64,000 bases of DNA from an uncultured Pelagibacteraceae bacterium (GTDB taxonomy: Bacteria > Pseudomonadota > Alphaproteobacteria > Pelagibacterales > AG-422-B15): assembly GCA_902525595.1 (NCBI GenBank), contig CABZHO010000001.1, positions 1,096 through 65,095 of the forward strand, written 5' to 3'. The translations under genes and the position numbers were made by a program. Positions 20,189 to 30,086 of this stretch are shown one piece after another; positions within the stretch are counted from its first letter, which is position 1, and each line of letters opens with the position of its first letter. The notes beneath the pieces are model-generated. The model was not told where the DNA came from and did no database searches. It worked only from the letters and a program-made list of their open reading frames with translations.

Positions 20189-21286
20189 ATGAGATTCAAT
20201 TTAATAAATACTTTTTCTCTTCTGTTAGTATTATTTTTTTTTCCAAATATTACTCAGGCAGAAACTTATGAATGTCAGGCATCAGACCCAGAAGGTGGGT
20301 ATCTCGATTATTTAAATGATTTCGCAGAAGAAATATCTGATTTAACAGATGGTGAAGTTGAGTTTGAATTTGTTGAAGCGGGAGCACTTGTACAAACAAA
20401 TCAAATTTTAGAGGCTGTTCATACCAATGAAATTGATTGTGGGGTTTCCTATACTCATTATTGGGATAAATTTCATCCAGCTGCTATGCTTTTTGGTTCA
20501 CCCATGGCAGGTGCTGGTTTAGGTATTGATAATATTTCCTACTACTCCTGGTATTTAAATGGTGGTGGAAAAAAACTTTATAAAAGATTGTGGAGAGAAA
20601 TGGAAAAAGACATCGTTGGATTTCATATAGCTCCATTTGGTCCCGAGGCACTCGGATGGTTTACCACCCCAATAGAGTCAATGGATGATTTTAGAAATAA
20701 TGTAAGTGCGTATAGAGCGCCTCCAGGACTTCCAGGTAAAACGTACAAAGACGTTGGGGTTAACGCAATGTCGCTTGGTGCTAAAGATTTATTGCCTGCC
20801 CTTGAGCAGGGCATTATTGATGCAGCGGAATGGTGTTGTCCTGCTCCAGATAGACAATATGGAATAAGTGAAGTATTAAAAAATTATTATCTTCAGGGTT
20901 TACATCAAGTTGTAGTGAATGGAGATCTTTATATCAATAAAGATATATATAAAGAATTTTCAAAACAGCAAAAACAAGCTATTGAGACTGCTGCCAACGC
21001 GTCTCTCATGAAATTTGTTGCTAGGAGAATTATGAATAATGGTAAGGCATTAAAAATTTTAACAGAAGATGAGGGAGTCATCTTGCATGATACACCAGAT
21101 GACTACTTTACTGAGTTTTCAGCCGCGGCATACAAAAATATACAAGAACTAAAAGAAACAGATAGCTTTTTTGCAGAAGTTTTTAATTCTATGGAAGAAT
21201 TTGCTGAAGTAGCTGTTCCGTATTGGAGCAATGCGCAACTTTCCAATGCAAAACTTGGAAAAGCTTATGCAGACTCACTTAAATAA
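20189..21286 (+). CDS. dctP: TRAP substrate-binding protein (DctP, TakP-like), orphan
   Basis: Signal peptide from ATG 20189; DLTDGEVEF, GWF, YRAPPG (conserved Arg), LEQGIIDAAEW motifs; no dctQ/dctM adjacent. Confidence 0.85.
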   Translation: MRFNLINTFSLLLVLFFFPNITQAETYECQASDPEGGYLDYLNDFAEEISDLTDGEVEFEFVEAGALVQTNQILEAVHTNEIDCGVSYTHYWDKFHPAAMLFGSPMAGAGLGIDNISYYSWYLNGGGKKLYKRLWREMEKDIVGFHIAPFGPEALGWFTTPIESMDDFRNNVSAYRAPPGLPGKTYKDVGVNAMSLGAKDLLPALEQGIIDAAEWCCPAPDRQYGISEVLKNYYLQGLHQVVVNGDLYINKDIYKEFSKQQKQAIETAANASLMKFVARRIMNNGKALKILTEDEGVILHDTPDDYFTEFSAAAYKNIQELKETDSFFAEVFNSMEEFAEVAVPYWSNAQLSNAKLGKAYADSLK

Positions 21287-22502
21287 GTTTCTATTTCTAT
21301 TTTTTTTATTAATTCCATCCATTTCTCATTCTGCGGGGACAATCACAGATAATAGTGATCTGTTATTTACTGAATCACTAATTGAAAATGATGAAACTAT
21401 TACCTCTAATGAATATTCATCTGACCCTAGATTCTATCAATTACTTTCTGCAGAAAACTGTGATGTTCTCTACAATGAAATTGATTTTAGTCGTTTCAAC
21501 ACCCAAAATTTAAATGTTCAATATGATAATATTATAAAATCAATAATTCTTAGGCCTAAAGAGTTCAAATATAATATAAATTTTTTAGAACAGTCTTTTA
21601 AATTTCAAGCTAAGGAGATGAATACAGCTTTATTTCAGTTTCAATCGTTCGATATGAATATTTTGAAAGAAATGAATGAGGTAAAAAAAAATATTGAAGA
21701 AAATCAATCAGCAGACAGTGAAAATGCAATTATTTGTGAATATAATTTATTAGAAAATATAGAGACTAATAAGTTTCCAGACCTTTCAATCAACTTCGAA
21801 AATGCTCAGATTATTGATATTGGCAGCATAAGTTCAAAGATAAACGTATATTATGACGGCACAGTTGAATACTTCTTTAAAAATTATACGTATCAATTTG
21901 ATAAATCTAACTTTGACTTATCCAAATTTCCTTTTGATTCTCATAATATTCAAACAGTCATAAGATTAAATATGGATAATTCCGCAAAAGTTTCTCCATC
22001 CAGTTATTATGTGAAAAAATTTAATTTTTTAAATCAAAATAATTTTCAATTTATTAATACTCCTGAATTTTCAATTGATAATGTGAATATAAATTTTGGT
22101 TCGGTGGGTGGATCACAAACTATTAGAATGGATTTCATTGCTTCAAGAGTCAGTTATTCTTTCATTTTTAAATTTTTATTGCCCTTATTTTTTATAACAT
22201 TGGTATCATTTTCATTATACGGTTTTATTAATGATCGAGCTGTGGGAGACTCAATTACTCTTCTATTATCAATGACTATCTTTAGTCTTGTAGTAAATGA
22301 TTCTCTACCCGTAACGCCTTATATAACTTTTTATGATGCATTATATTTCATAAGTTTTATTTCAATTGGCATTTTTGTTTTCATTAAAATTTTTATATAC
22401 AAACTTTTTCAACTTAACCATCTAAGGTTAGGAATTGCACTTTCACATATCAGTATTTATTTGATTGCAATACTATTATGCACAATAATTTATTTTAACT
22501 AA
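21267..22502 (+). CDS. Prokaryotic pentameric ligand-gated ion channel (GLIC/ELIC-like)
   Basis: Signal peptide; INVYYDGTVEY strand; Pro-loop FDLSKFPFD; pre-M1 Arg; M1 with Pro (FLLPLFFI); M2 SITLLLSM; M2-M3 LPVTPYIT..D; four C-terminal TM helices. Start 21267 or 21231. Confidence 0.8.
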   Translation: MQTHLNKFLFLFFLLIPSISHSAGTITDNSDLLFTESLIENDETITSNEYSSDPRFYQLLSAENCDVLYNEIDFSRFNTQNLNVQYDNIIKSIILRPKEFKYNINFLEQSFKFQAKEMNTALFQFQSFDMNILKEMNEVKKNIEENQSADSENAIICEYNLLENIETNKFPDLSINFENAQIIDIGSISSKINVYYDGTVEYFFKNYTYQFDKSNFDLSKFPFDSHNIQTVIRLNMDNSAKVSPSSYYVKKFNFLNQNNFQFINTPEFSIDNVNINFGSVGGSQTIRMDFIASRVSYSFIFKFLLPLFFITLVSFSLYGFINDRAVGDSITLLLSMTIFSLVVNDSLPVTPYITFYDALYFISFISIGIFVFIKIFIYKLFQLNHLRLGIALSHISIYLIAILLCTIIYFN

Positions 22503-22542
22503 TTACTGAATCTTTATTGCCTTGTAGCTTTTGCTTCGTAAC

Positions 22543-23736
22543 TTATTTTTTGTCTCTTAGTCTAAGAGCATTCAGCTTAATAAATCCCTCAGAGTCTTTT
22601 TGGCTATAGATGTTATCTGACTCAAATGTTGCTAGATCAAGGTTATACAGACTCTTATCTGATTGTCGCCCGGTAACGATAACATTTCCTTTATAGAGTT
22701 TAAGATTGACCGTTCCCTCAACATTTTTTTGACTTTGATCAATCATTGATTGAAGCATATCTCTTTCTGGAGAAAACCAATAGCCATTGTAAATCAGCTC
22801 TGCATATTTAGGACTGGCGCTATCTTTCAGATGAGCGGCTTCTTTATCAAGCGTAAGGCTCTCAATAGCTCGGTGAGCATGATATAAAATTGTACCTCCT
22901 GGAGTTTCATAAACTCCTCTGGATTTCATTCCAATATATCTATTTTCAACTAAATCAATTCTGCCTACACCATGTTTTCCACCTAATTCATTGAGTTTTT
23001 TTAAAATTTTAAATGGGCTCATAGTTATGTTATTCACTGAGCATGCGTCCCCAGATTTGAACTCAATCGATAATTCTTCTGGCTTATCAGGGGCATCATA
23101 TGGCGAAACTGATCTTGAATACACATATTCAGGTGCCTCTTGATTCGGGTCTTCTAAAACTTTTCCTTCAGCCGAGGAATGTAATATATTTTCATCAATA
23201 CTAAATGGCTGCTCTCCTCTCTTATCTTTAGCTATTTCAATGCCATGCTTATCAGCATATTCAACAAGTGAGGTCCTTGAGGTAAGATCCCATTCTCTCC
23301 ACGGACTGATGATTTTAATATCAGGTTTATGGTAGTAGTAACCTAATTCAAATCTAATTTGATCATTCCCTTTACCTGTTGCACCGTGCGACACTGCATC
23401 TGCATTCACTTTATTAGCAATTTCAATTTGCTTTTTGGCAATTAATGGTCTCGCTATAGATGTACCTAAAAGATAGTAGCCCTCGTATAATGGATTTGCT
23501 CTAAACATAGGAAAGACATAATCACTAACAAACTCCTCTTTTAAATCTTCAATGAAAATTTCCTTTGTATCTTGTTGTTCAGCCTTAAGTTGAACAGAAT
23601 TAAAATCTTCATCTTGTCCAAGATCGGCAGTAAATGTGACAACTTCACAGTTATAGGTCTCTTTTAACCATTTTAAAATGACAGAAGTATCCAGCCCTCC
23701 TGAATAAGCAAGCACAACTTTTTTTATATTATCCAT
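22543..23736 (-). CDS. argG: Argininosuccinate synthase
   Basis: [28 protein letters not shown] motifs. Confidence 0.98.
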   Translation of the reverse strand: MDNIKKVVLAYSGGLDTSVILKWLKETYNCEVVTFTADLGQDEDFNSVQLKAEQQDTKEIFIEDLKEEFVSDYVFPMFRANPLYEGYYLLGTSIARPLIAKKQIEIANKVNADAVSHGATGKGNDQIRFELGYYYHKPDIKIISPWREWDLTSRTSLVEYADKHGIEIAKDKRGEQPFSIDENILHSSAEGKVLEDPNQEAPEYVYSRSVSPYDAPDKPEELSIEFKSGDACSVNNITMSPFKILKKLNELGGKHGVGRIDLVENRYIGMKSRGVYETPGGTILYHAHRAIESLTLDKEAAHLKDSASPKYAELIYNGYWFSPERDMLQSMIDQSQKNVEGTVNLKLYKGNVIVTGRQSDKSLYNLDLATFESDNIYSQKDSEGFIKLNALRLRDKK

Positions 23737-24826
23737 TAGCTCTTAATTCGCTTTTTCTAATTTTAACACTTGAGGATTTTAATTGGCCGCATGCAGCCAT
23801 AATATCTTGTCCCCTTGTTTTCCTAACAGGGCTTGCATAGCCTGCATTTTTAATGATGTCACTAAATTTCTTAATTTGCTCTTTATCTGAGCATTGATAT
23901 GGGGAATTAGGCCAAGGGTTAAAGGGAATAAGATTAATTTTTGCTGGAATTCCTGAAATTAATTTAACCAGTTTACGTGCATCAGCAAGGCCATCATTAA
24001 CCCCTTTGAGCATCACATACTCGAACGTAATGCGTTTTGCATTTTTAGCTCTTGGATATTCTCTGCAAGATTTAATTAATTCTTTTAAGGGAAATTTTTT
24101 ATTAATTGGTACTATCTCATTGCGTAATTCATCGTTTGTTGCATGCAATGATATTGCAAGCCTTGAATCCACCTCTTCTCCCCATTTCATTATTTCAGGC
24201 ACTATACCTGATGTGCTTAGTGTTATCCTCTTTGTCGACAGTTGAATTCCCTCCTTATCACCCATAATCTCTGCAGCTTGTTTGACATTGTTATAATTAT
24301 AGAGAGGCTCTCCCATTCCCATGAAAACAACATTTGAAATTTTCCTGCCATGTTTATGTGACCAATCAGATAATTCATCTTTAGCCACGAGTAATTGTGA
24401 AACAATTTCTGCACTGGTTAAATTACGGACTAATTTTTGTGTACCTGTATAGCAAAATGTACAATTTAATGTGCAGCCAACTTGTGATGACACACATAAA
24501 GTTCCTCGATTTTCCTCAGGAATAAAAACAGTCTCTATAAGGTTACCATCGTTGAGTTTGAATAACCACTTTTGTGTTCCATCAACAGATTTTTCATGTG
24601 TTTGTATTGTTGGTCTTTTAATTTGATAAAATTGAGAGAGCGCTGATCTTAACTCTTTAGATATCGAACTCATTTTTTCAAAATCAGTCTCACCCTTATT
24701 ATAAAGCCAGTGCCATATTTGCTTAGCGCGAAATTTATCTTTCGCGTCAATAAAATCATTCGCGGTCAAGGACTCATATATCTCTGATTGACTTAGTCCA
24801 ATTAAGTCTGATTTTTCATTTGTCAT
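23729..24826 (-). CDS. rlmN: Dual-specificity RNA methyltransferase RlmN
   Basis: [15 protein letters not shown] radical SAM motif; MGMGEP; AACGQL. Confidence 0.97.
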   Translation of the reverse strand: MTNEKSDLIGLSQSEIYESLTANDFIDAKDKFRAKQIWHWLYNKGETDFEKMSSISKELRSALSQFYQIKRPTIQTHEKSVDGTQKWLFKLNDGNLIETVFIPEENRGTLCVSSQVGCTLNCTFCYTGTQKLVRNLTSAEIVSQLLVAKDELSDWSHKHGRKISNVVFMGMGEPLYNYNNVKQAAEIMGDKEGIQLSTKRITLSTSGIVPEIMKWGEEVDSRLAISLHATNDELRNEIVPINKKFPLKELIKSCREYPRAKNAKRITFEYVMLKGVNDGLADARKLVKLISGIPAKINLIPFNPWPNSPYQCSDKEQIKKFSDIIKNAGYASPVRKTRGQDIMAACGQLKSSSVKIRKSELRANG

Positions 24827-24832
24827 ATTTGT

Positions 24833-25351
24833 TTACGAGCAGGCTTCGTCGATCGCCGCTAAAGCTTTTGTAAAGCCAATTAATGAGTAGGTGTCAGTAA
24901 TTTTTGTTCCTCTGCTTGAGATACTCTTTACTTTAACTCGAGCACCATTTTTCATGTCTTTGATAAGTTTTTTACTATTTTCTCCCTCGGCAAGCCATGC
25001 TCTAGACTCAATTGTAAAAAACTTATAACTTGAGTTATTAATACTTACTTCAACCATACTTTTTGGTTTAAATGTAAATCCTGTATCAACACTGGCTTCA
25101 TGAAATGTTCCATCATCCTTAAAATTCGTGATCATAAGAGCATGCTCACCCCTGTTCAAGTCTGATGGATTTGTAGCAATTGGTTGAGAAATTATATAGC
25201 AGATCTTAGAAGTGCCATCTTTAAATTCTTTTGCTTGCCAAGCCCCGCTTTTACCAAAAGATCCTAAATGGATCACGTCAATTACTGCAAAAGCATTTAT
25301 TGAACTGAGCAACAAAATTGATAGAATAAGTTTGAAATTTAAAAATTTCAT
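24833..25351 (-). CDS. Invasion-associated locus B (IalB)-like periplasmic protein
   Basis: Signal peptide; W...CY, SSRGT..TDTYSLIGFTKA...C motif; usual position upstream of rlmN in alphaproteobacteria. Confidence 0.8.
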   Translation of the reverse strand: MKFLNFKLILSILLLSSINAFAVIDVIHLGSFGKSGAWQAKEFKDGTSKICYIISQPIATNPSDLNRGEHALMITNFKDDGTFHEASVDTGFTFKPKSMVEVSINNSSYKFFTIESRAWLAEGENSKKLIKDMKNGARVKVKSISSRGTKITDTYSLIGFTKALAAIDEACS

Positions 25352-25381
25352 ATTTGTCAATTTATATCGAGATTCATAATT

Positions 25382-26398
25382 ATGAAAGCAATTGTTTGTA
25401 AAGAATTTGGGCCTCCGAGCTCACTTGTGTATGAAGACGTCGAAGTTCCTGAACTAAAAAAAAGTCAAATACTTGTTGATGTACACGCCGCTGGAGTCAA
25501 TTTTCCAGACACATTAATTATTCAAGACAAGTATCAAGTTAAGCCACCTCTTCCTTTTTCACCTGGAGGTGAAATAGCAGGAACTATTAGTGCAATTGGT
25601 GAAAGTATAACGGATTGGAAAATTGGTGACGAAGTTGTTGCCATGACAGGGTATGGCGGTTTTAGAGAACAAGTTATTGTTAGTGCGGCACAGATCTATA
25701 AAAAACCAATCAGTATGGACTTTACTACCGCGTCTTGCTTTACGCTAACTTATGGCACTTCACAATATGCCTTAAAAAATCGTGGCCAACTCAAAGAAGG
25801 TGAAACGTTATTAGTTCTTGGAGCGGCTGGAGGTGTAGGTATATCAGCCGTAGAAATTGGTAAAGCATTAGGCGCTAAAGTTATTGCGGCCGCATCATCA
25901 GACGAAAAACTAAAAGTCTGCAAGCAGTATGGTGCGGATGAAGTGATTAATTATGGAGGCTATGATTTAACAGACCGTGATCAAGTCAAACAGTTTAGAA
26001 ATGAAATTGCAAAAGCTACAGGTGGCAAAGGACCTGATGTTATCTATGATCCCGTTGGTGCTGATTTTACAGAGCCAGCATTAAGAAGTATCGCATGGAA
26101 TGGACGTTTTTTAGTTATCGGTTGGGCTGCGGGTCATATACCTAAGATTCCGATGAATCTTTATTTGATTAAAGGCTGTTCAGCGGTAGGGGTATTTTGG
26201 GGACAATTTACTGCATTAGAGCCACAAAATCATTTAGATAATATGAACCAACTGACGAGCTGGTATGAAGAAGGTAAATTAAAAGCACCTGTTACAGAAG
26301 TTCTTCCACTTGAAAGAGGACAAGAAGCTCTTGAAACAATTCTTGCACGTAAAGCGACAGGCAAGATTGCACTGACAACTTCATTTTATAAATCTTAA
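25382..26398 (+). CDS. NADPH:quinone oxidoreductase (zeta-crystallin/MDR family)
   Basis: GVNFPD, PFSPGGE, GAAGGVG motifs. Confidence 0.9.
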   Translation: MKAIVCKEFGPPSSLVYEDVEVPELKKSQILVDVHAAGVNFPDTLIIQDKYQVKPPLPFSPGGEIAGTISAIGESITDWKIGDEVVAMTGYGGFREQVIVSAAQIYKKPISMDFTTASCFTLTYGTSQYALKNRGQLKEGETLLVLGAAGGVGISAVEIGKALGAKVIAAASSDEKLKVCKQYGADEVINYGGYDLTDRDQVKQFRNEIAKATGGKGPDVIYDPVGADFTEPALRSIAWNGRFLVIGWAAGHIPKIPMNLYLIKGCSAVGVFWGQFTALEPQNHLDNMNQLTSWYEEGKLKAPVTEVLPLERGQEALETILARKATGKIALTTSFYKS

Positions 26399-26406
26399 AA
26401 GCTATA

Positions 26407-26694
26407 TTATTTTTTCTTATTCATTTCTTGAGCCATATCAAGATCAAGTTTAGTTACCCCACTGGAATCATGCGTAGATAAAGTAACTACTACTGTGCTG
26501 TAGACATTAAACCATTCAGGATGGTGATCCTTCTTCTCAGCGTATATGGCCATTGCAGTCATCCAACCAAAAGCCTGTATAAAATCTTTGAATTTAAATG
26601 TCTTAGTTATTGCGTTACGGCCTTTGACCATTTTCCAACCCGATAACCGCTTAAGTTTTTGAGTAACTTCAGTTTTTGAAAGTTTTTTAATCAT
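26407..26694 (-). CDS. phhB: Pterin-4-alpha-carbinolamine dehydratase
   Basis: DHHPEWFNVY and STHD motifs. Confidence 0.93.
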   Translation of the reverse strand: MIKKLSKTEVTQKLKRLSGWKMVKGRNAITKTFKFKDFIQAFGWMTAMAIYAEKKDHHPEWFNVYSTVVVTLSTHDSSGVTKLDLDMAQEMNKKK

Positions 26695-27746
26695 GGTGAT
26701 GGGTTTGGGATCTCCTTATGTACATTTCTTATATCATTCATAATTTCTTTATTTAAATCAAGATGAACACTATCTATACAAGCTTTTAATTGTTCCATTG
26801 TAGTTGCGCCAATTATTGTTGATGTGACGAAAGGTTGTATATCGCAAAATCTGATTGCTAATTGAGAGGGATCGAGTTCATATTTTTTTGCAATTTCAAC
26901 ATACATCTCAACAGCCTTTGTGGTTTTTTCATTTTTGTATCTAAACATTAAAGGACCATCACCAAATAAAGCCATCCTTGACCCTTGAGGCATCTGTCCA
27001 TTTAAATATTTTCCAGATAAAGTTCCTTGAGCTAGTGGCGAATACGCTAATAACCCCACTTGTTCATGTGCAGCAATTTCAGAAAGACCAATTTCAAAGC
27101 CTCTGTTAACCAAGTTATAGGCATTTTGAATTGAAGCCACGCGAGGGAGGCTCTTGGTTTTTGCATGCTCAAGATATTTCATCGTACCCCAGGGAGTTTC
27201 ATTGGAGAGACCTATTTCCCTAACTTTTCCTTGTTTGACTAGCTCACCAAGAGCTTCAAGTGTTTCTTCAAGTGGAATTGAGTCTGAGGTGTCCATATGT
27301 TTATATTCAAGACGTCCGGAAAACGCTCCAAAAGGCCTATCAGGCCAGTGAACTTGATAAAGATCGATATAATCTGTTTGCAGTCTTTTTAAACTACCTT
27401 CAACGGCATAAAATATTTGTTCTTTGGAGAGTCTTGGAATCTCCTCATTTTCGCGTAACCATGACATACCAGAACGTCCTGCCACCTTTGTCGCAAGAAT
27501 AACTTTGTCTCTGTTACTCCGTGACTTAAACCATGAGCCAATGTACTTCTCAGTAAGCCCTTGTGTCTTTGCTTTAGTAGGTATCGCGTATATTTCAGCC
27601 GTATCAATAAAATTTACTTCATGAGCTAATGAATAATCAAGCTGGTCGTGAGCATCCGCTTCAGTGTTTTGTTCCCCCCAAGTCATTGTACCAAGACAAA
27701 TAGAACTTACATCTATATCTGATCGGCCTAATTTTCTAAATTCCAT
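26691..27746 (-). CDS. tas: Aldo/keto reductase (Tas-like)
   Basis: LGTMTWGEQ, DTAEIY, LYQVHWP, GLSNETPWG, AYSPL motifs. Confidence 0.88.
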   Translation of the reverse strand: MEFRKLGRSDIDVSSICLGTMTWGEQNTEADAHDQLDYSLAHEVNFIDTAEIYAIPTKAKTQGLTEKYIGSWFKSRSNRDKVILATKVAGRSGMSWLRENEEIPRLSKEQIFYAVEGSLKRLQTDYIDLYQVHWPDRPFGAFSGRLEYKHMDTSDSIPLEETLEALGELVKQGKVREIGLSNETPWGTMKYLEHAKTKSLPRVASIQNAYNLVNRGFEIGLSEIAAHEQVGLLAYSPLAQGTLSGKYLNGQMPQGSRMALFGDGPLMFRYKNEKTTKAVEMYVEIAKKYELDPSQLAIRFCDIQPFVTSTIIGATTMEQLKACIDSVHLDLNKEIMNDIRNVHKEIPNPSP

Positions 27747-27750
27747 TTTT

Positions 27751-28758
27751 TTATTTCCTAAGAATTTTACTCATGGATAGTGCCATGTCACTTACTGTTT
27801 TTTCAACTGGTGTAGGTTTCCAGTTAAAAATAGTTACTGTTTGAGCATTATCTGTTTGATAGCTGCCTCTTTTGATATTTTTTAAAATACCTTTCATTTC
27901 TAAATTAAACAACGCAAAAACTCTGAACAGTATAGTGGGAATAATTTTAGTTGATACTTTTTCAAAGCCACTAGCCTTCACCATCTTAGCAATTTTTGTG
28001 ATGTGATAATCATTTGTTGAAGTTGTAAGTATTCTTTTACTATCACTCGCTTCTGATTTAAGAGCTTTTACATGTAACATAGCAGTGTCCCTTACGTCTG
28101 ATATATGCAGATACACGTCTGGCAAAGCAGGAAACTTACCAAGTATCATTTTAGCCATAAAGTTTGCGGATGCGCCCTTCGTATCATCACTCAGTAGTGG
28201 TCCCATTACAAAGCCTGGGTGGATAGTAGTCATTTTAAGATTGTTATTTTCTGGTAAATTAATAAATTCCCAAGCTAATTTTTCAGCAAGCGTCTTACTC
28301 TTATTATATGCACCCACATCTTTTGTTGTATTAGTCCAATCGTTACTACCACAAATTTTTTTATTATGTCCGTAAGCAATGGCTACAATGGATGATGTAA
28401 GAATAACTTTTTTTATACCAGCTTTTCGAGCTGCCTTAAGAGCTCTCATTGTCCCTTCTTTTGCTGGTTTTATGAGCTCTTCTTCATTTTTAGGTTCTCC
28501 AACTATAAAAGGAGACGCCAAATGAATCATATAATCACATTTTGACGCGCTATTATCCCAACCATCATCAGACATTAAATCGAGTTTGCAAAATTCTAGA
28601 TTGTTGTCTGATACTTTTTTTTTCACAGCTTCTCGTACTTCATTTTCTCTACTCATATTCCTTAGAGAACCTCTTACTGCATATCCGTTATTTAATAATT
28701 CAGTTATGCAATGCAGTGCGATGTAACCCGATGCTCCTGTAACTAAAACCTTTTCCAT
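27751..28758 (-). CDS. NAD-dependent epimerase/dehydratase family (aldehyde reductase-like extended SDR)
   Basis: TGASGYIA, HLASP, TSS, YNKSK motifs. Confidence 0.88.
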   Translation of the reverse strand: MEKVLVTGASGYIALHCITELLNNGYAVRGSLRNMSRENEVREAVKKKVSDNNLEFCKLDLMSDDGWDNSASKCDYMIHLASPFIVGEPKNEEELIKPAKEGTMRALKAARKAGIKKVILTSSIVAIAYGHNKKICGSNDWTNTTKDVGAYNKSKTLAEKLAWEFINLPENNNLKMTTIHPGFVMGPLLSDDTKGASANFMAKMILGKFPALPDVYLHISDVRDTAMLHVKALKSEASDSKRILTTSTNDYHITKIAKMVKASGFEKVSTKIIPTILFRVFALFNLEMKGILKNIKRGSYQTDNAQTVTIFNWKPTPVEKTVSDMALSMSKILRK

Positions 28759-28879
28759 TTATTCCCCTAAGTATATGTAATTACTTAATAAAATCTTAAT
28801 AATTAATTACTTGTATTGATTAGCTTTATAATTATGTATTAAAATACATATAACAATTTTTACAAGAGGTTTTTAAAAT

Positions 28880-29614
28880 ATGGACTATCAAACTAGAGCT
28901 CAATCATCTCCTGCTATCGATGCAGGTCTAAGACAGTACATGCTAAGTGTGTATAATTATATGGCATCAGGATTAGCTTTAACAGGCTTAGTTGCGTACA
29001 TGCTTTTTCAGGCAACCGCAGTTATGGGGCCAACTGGCGAAATTGTGGGACTGACAAGTTTGGGTGTAACGCTTTATACGGGACCTATGATGTGGGTAGT
29101 TGCATTAGCTCCTCTTGGAATTGTTATGTATATGAGTTTCGGTATTAGAGGTATGTCAGCTTCTCGTGCCCAAACCTTATTTTGGATCTTTGCCTTTTTG
29201 ATGGGACTTTCACTATCGACGATTTTTTTAACTTATACGGGAGCAAGTATCGCAAGAGTATTTTTTATTACTGCAAGTACTTTTGGTGCCATGAGTATTT
29301 ATGGATATACAACAAAGCGTGATTTAACAGGTTTTGGTTCTTTTTTATTTATGGGCTTAATTGGTATAATCATTGCTTCAATCGTAAATATATTTATGCA
29401 ATCACCCGCTCTATATTTTGGTATATCAATTCTCGGCGTATTAATTTTCGTTGGTCTAACAGCATATGATACGCAGAAGATTAAAAATATGTATATGGCA
29501 TATGATAGTGGTGAAGTTGCAGCAAAAAAAGCTATCATGGGTGCACTAACACTTTACTTAGATTTTATAAATCTATTTATTATGTTACTAAGATTATTTG
29601 GACAAAGAAGATAG
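28880..29614 (+). CDS. Bax inhibitor-1/YccA family membrane protein
   Basis: 7 TM; TKRDL, AYDTQKIK, ALTLYLDFINLF motifs. Confidence 0.93.
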   Translation: MDYQTRAQSSPAIDAGLRQYMLSVYNYMASGLALTGLVAYMLFQATAVMGPTGEIVGLTSLGVTLYTGPMMWVVALAPLGIVMYMSFGIRGMSASRAQTLFWIFAFLMGLSLSTIFLTYTGASIARVFFITASTFGAMSIYGYTTKRDLTGFGSFLFMGLIGIIIASIVNIFMQSPALYFGISILGVLIFVGLTAYDTQKIKNMYMAYDSGEVAAKKAIMGALTLYLDFINLFIMLLRLFGQRR

Positions 29615-29956
29615 TTAGACAATTCTCTTTAGTGAAAATTGTAAATACTGAGTAATATCCGTGAGTCGATTACTTTGTTTAAGGATATGGTTGTTTACAT
29701 CCTTTAATTGAAACTTTTTTTGTTTTTTATTTGTAAAATTTTTTTTTACAATTTTTAAATGAGCTTTTTCAAAAGTACTTCTGTAAATAGAAAACATGGC
29801 CATACCACTTTGATGATCGATTGCGTAATCTCTCCAAACACCCTGACTTACTTTATTACCATAAATAGACAGTATTTGATTTAATTCAATTTTACTGAAA
29901 CAAATTAAATTATGGCTTTGGTTATCTGAGGATGTATTAATGTAGTGAATAACCAT
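29615..29956 (-). CDS. DUF2794 family protein
   Basis: ELNQILSIYG..V..G.WRDYAID...A.FSIYR motif. Confidence 0.85.
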   Translation of the reverse strand: MVIHYINTSSDNQSHNLICFSKIELNQILSIYGNKVSQGVWRDYAIDHQSGMAMFSIYRSTFEKAHLKIVKKNFTNKKQKKFQLKDVNNHILKQSNRLTDITQYLQFSLKRIV

Positions 29957-30035
29957 TTATTTATAATACTGCTATATTTCATTAAAAAAATACCGAAAAT
30001 TAAGCTATAAGCAGCCTTATTTTATTCAATTATGT

Positions 30036-30065
30036 CTTGAATTTTTATCAAAAACCCTGATATAT
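30036..30065 (+). promoter_or_regulatory. Candidate RpoH (sigma-32) promoter of htpG
   Basis: CTTGAA (30036-30041)-N14-CCTGATAT resembles the CTTGAA-N13/14-CCCCATNT consensus and precedes a heat-shock gene. Confidence 0.55.
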
Positions 30066-30086
30066 CCTAAAAATATTAATTAAACT

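Noticed and set aside
28833-28850. Palindrome TATGTATT-aa-AATACATA in the divergent promoter region upstream of the YccA gene
   Set aside because: Nearly all A/T in a very AT-rich gap; chance cannot be excluded
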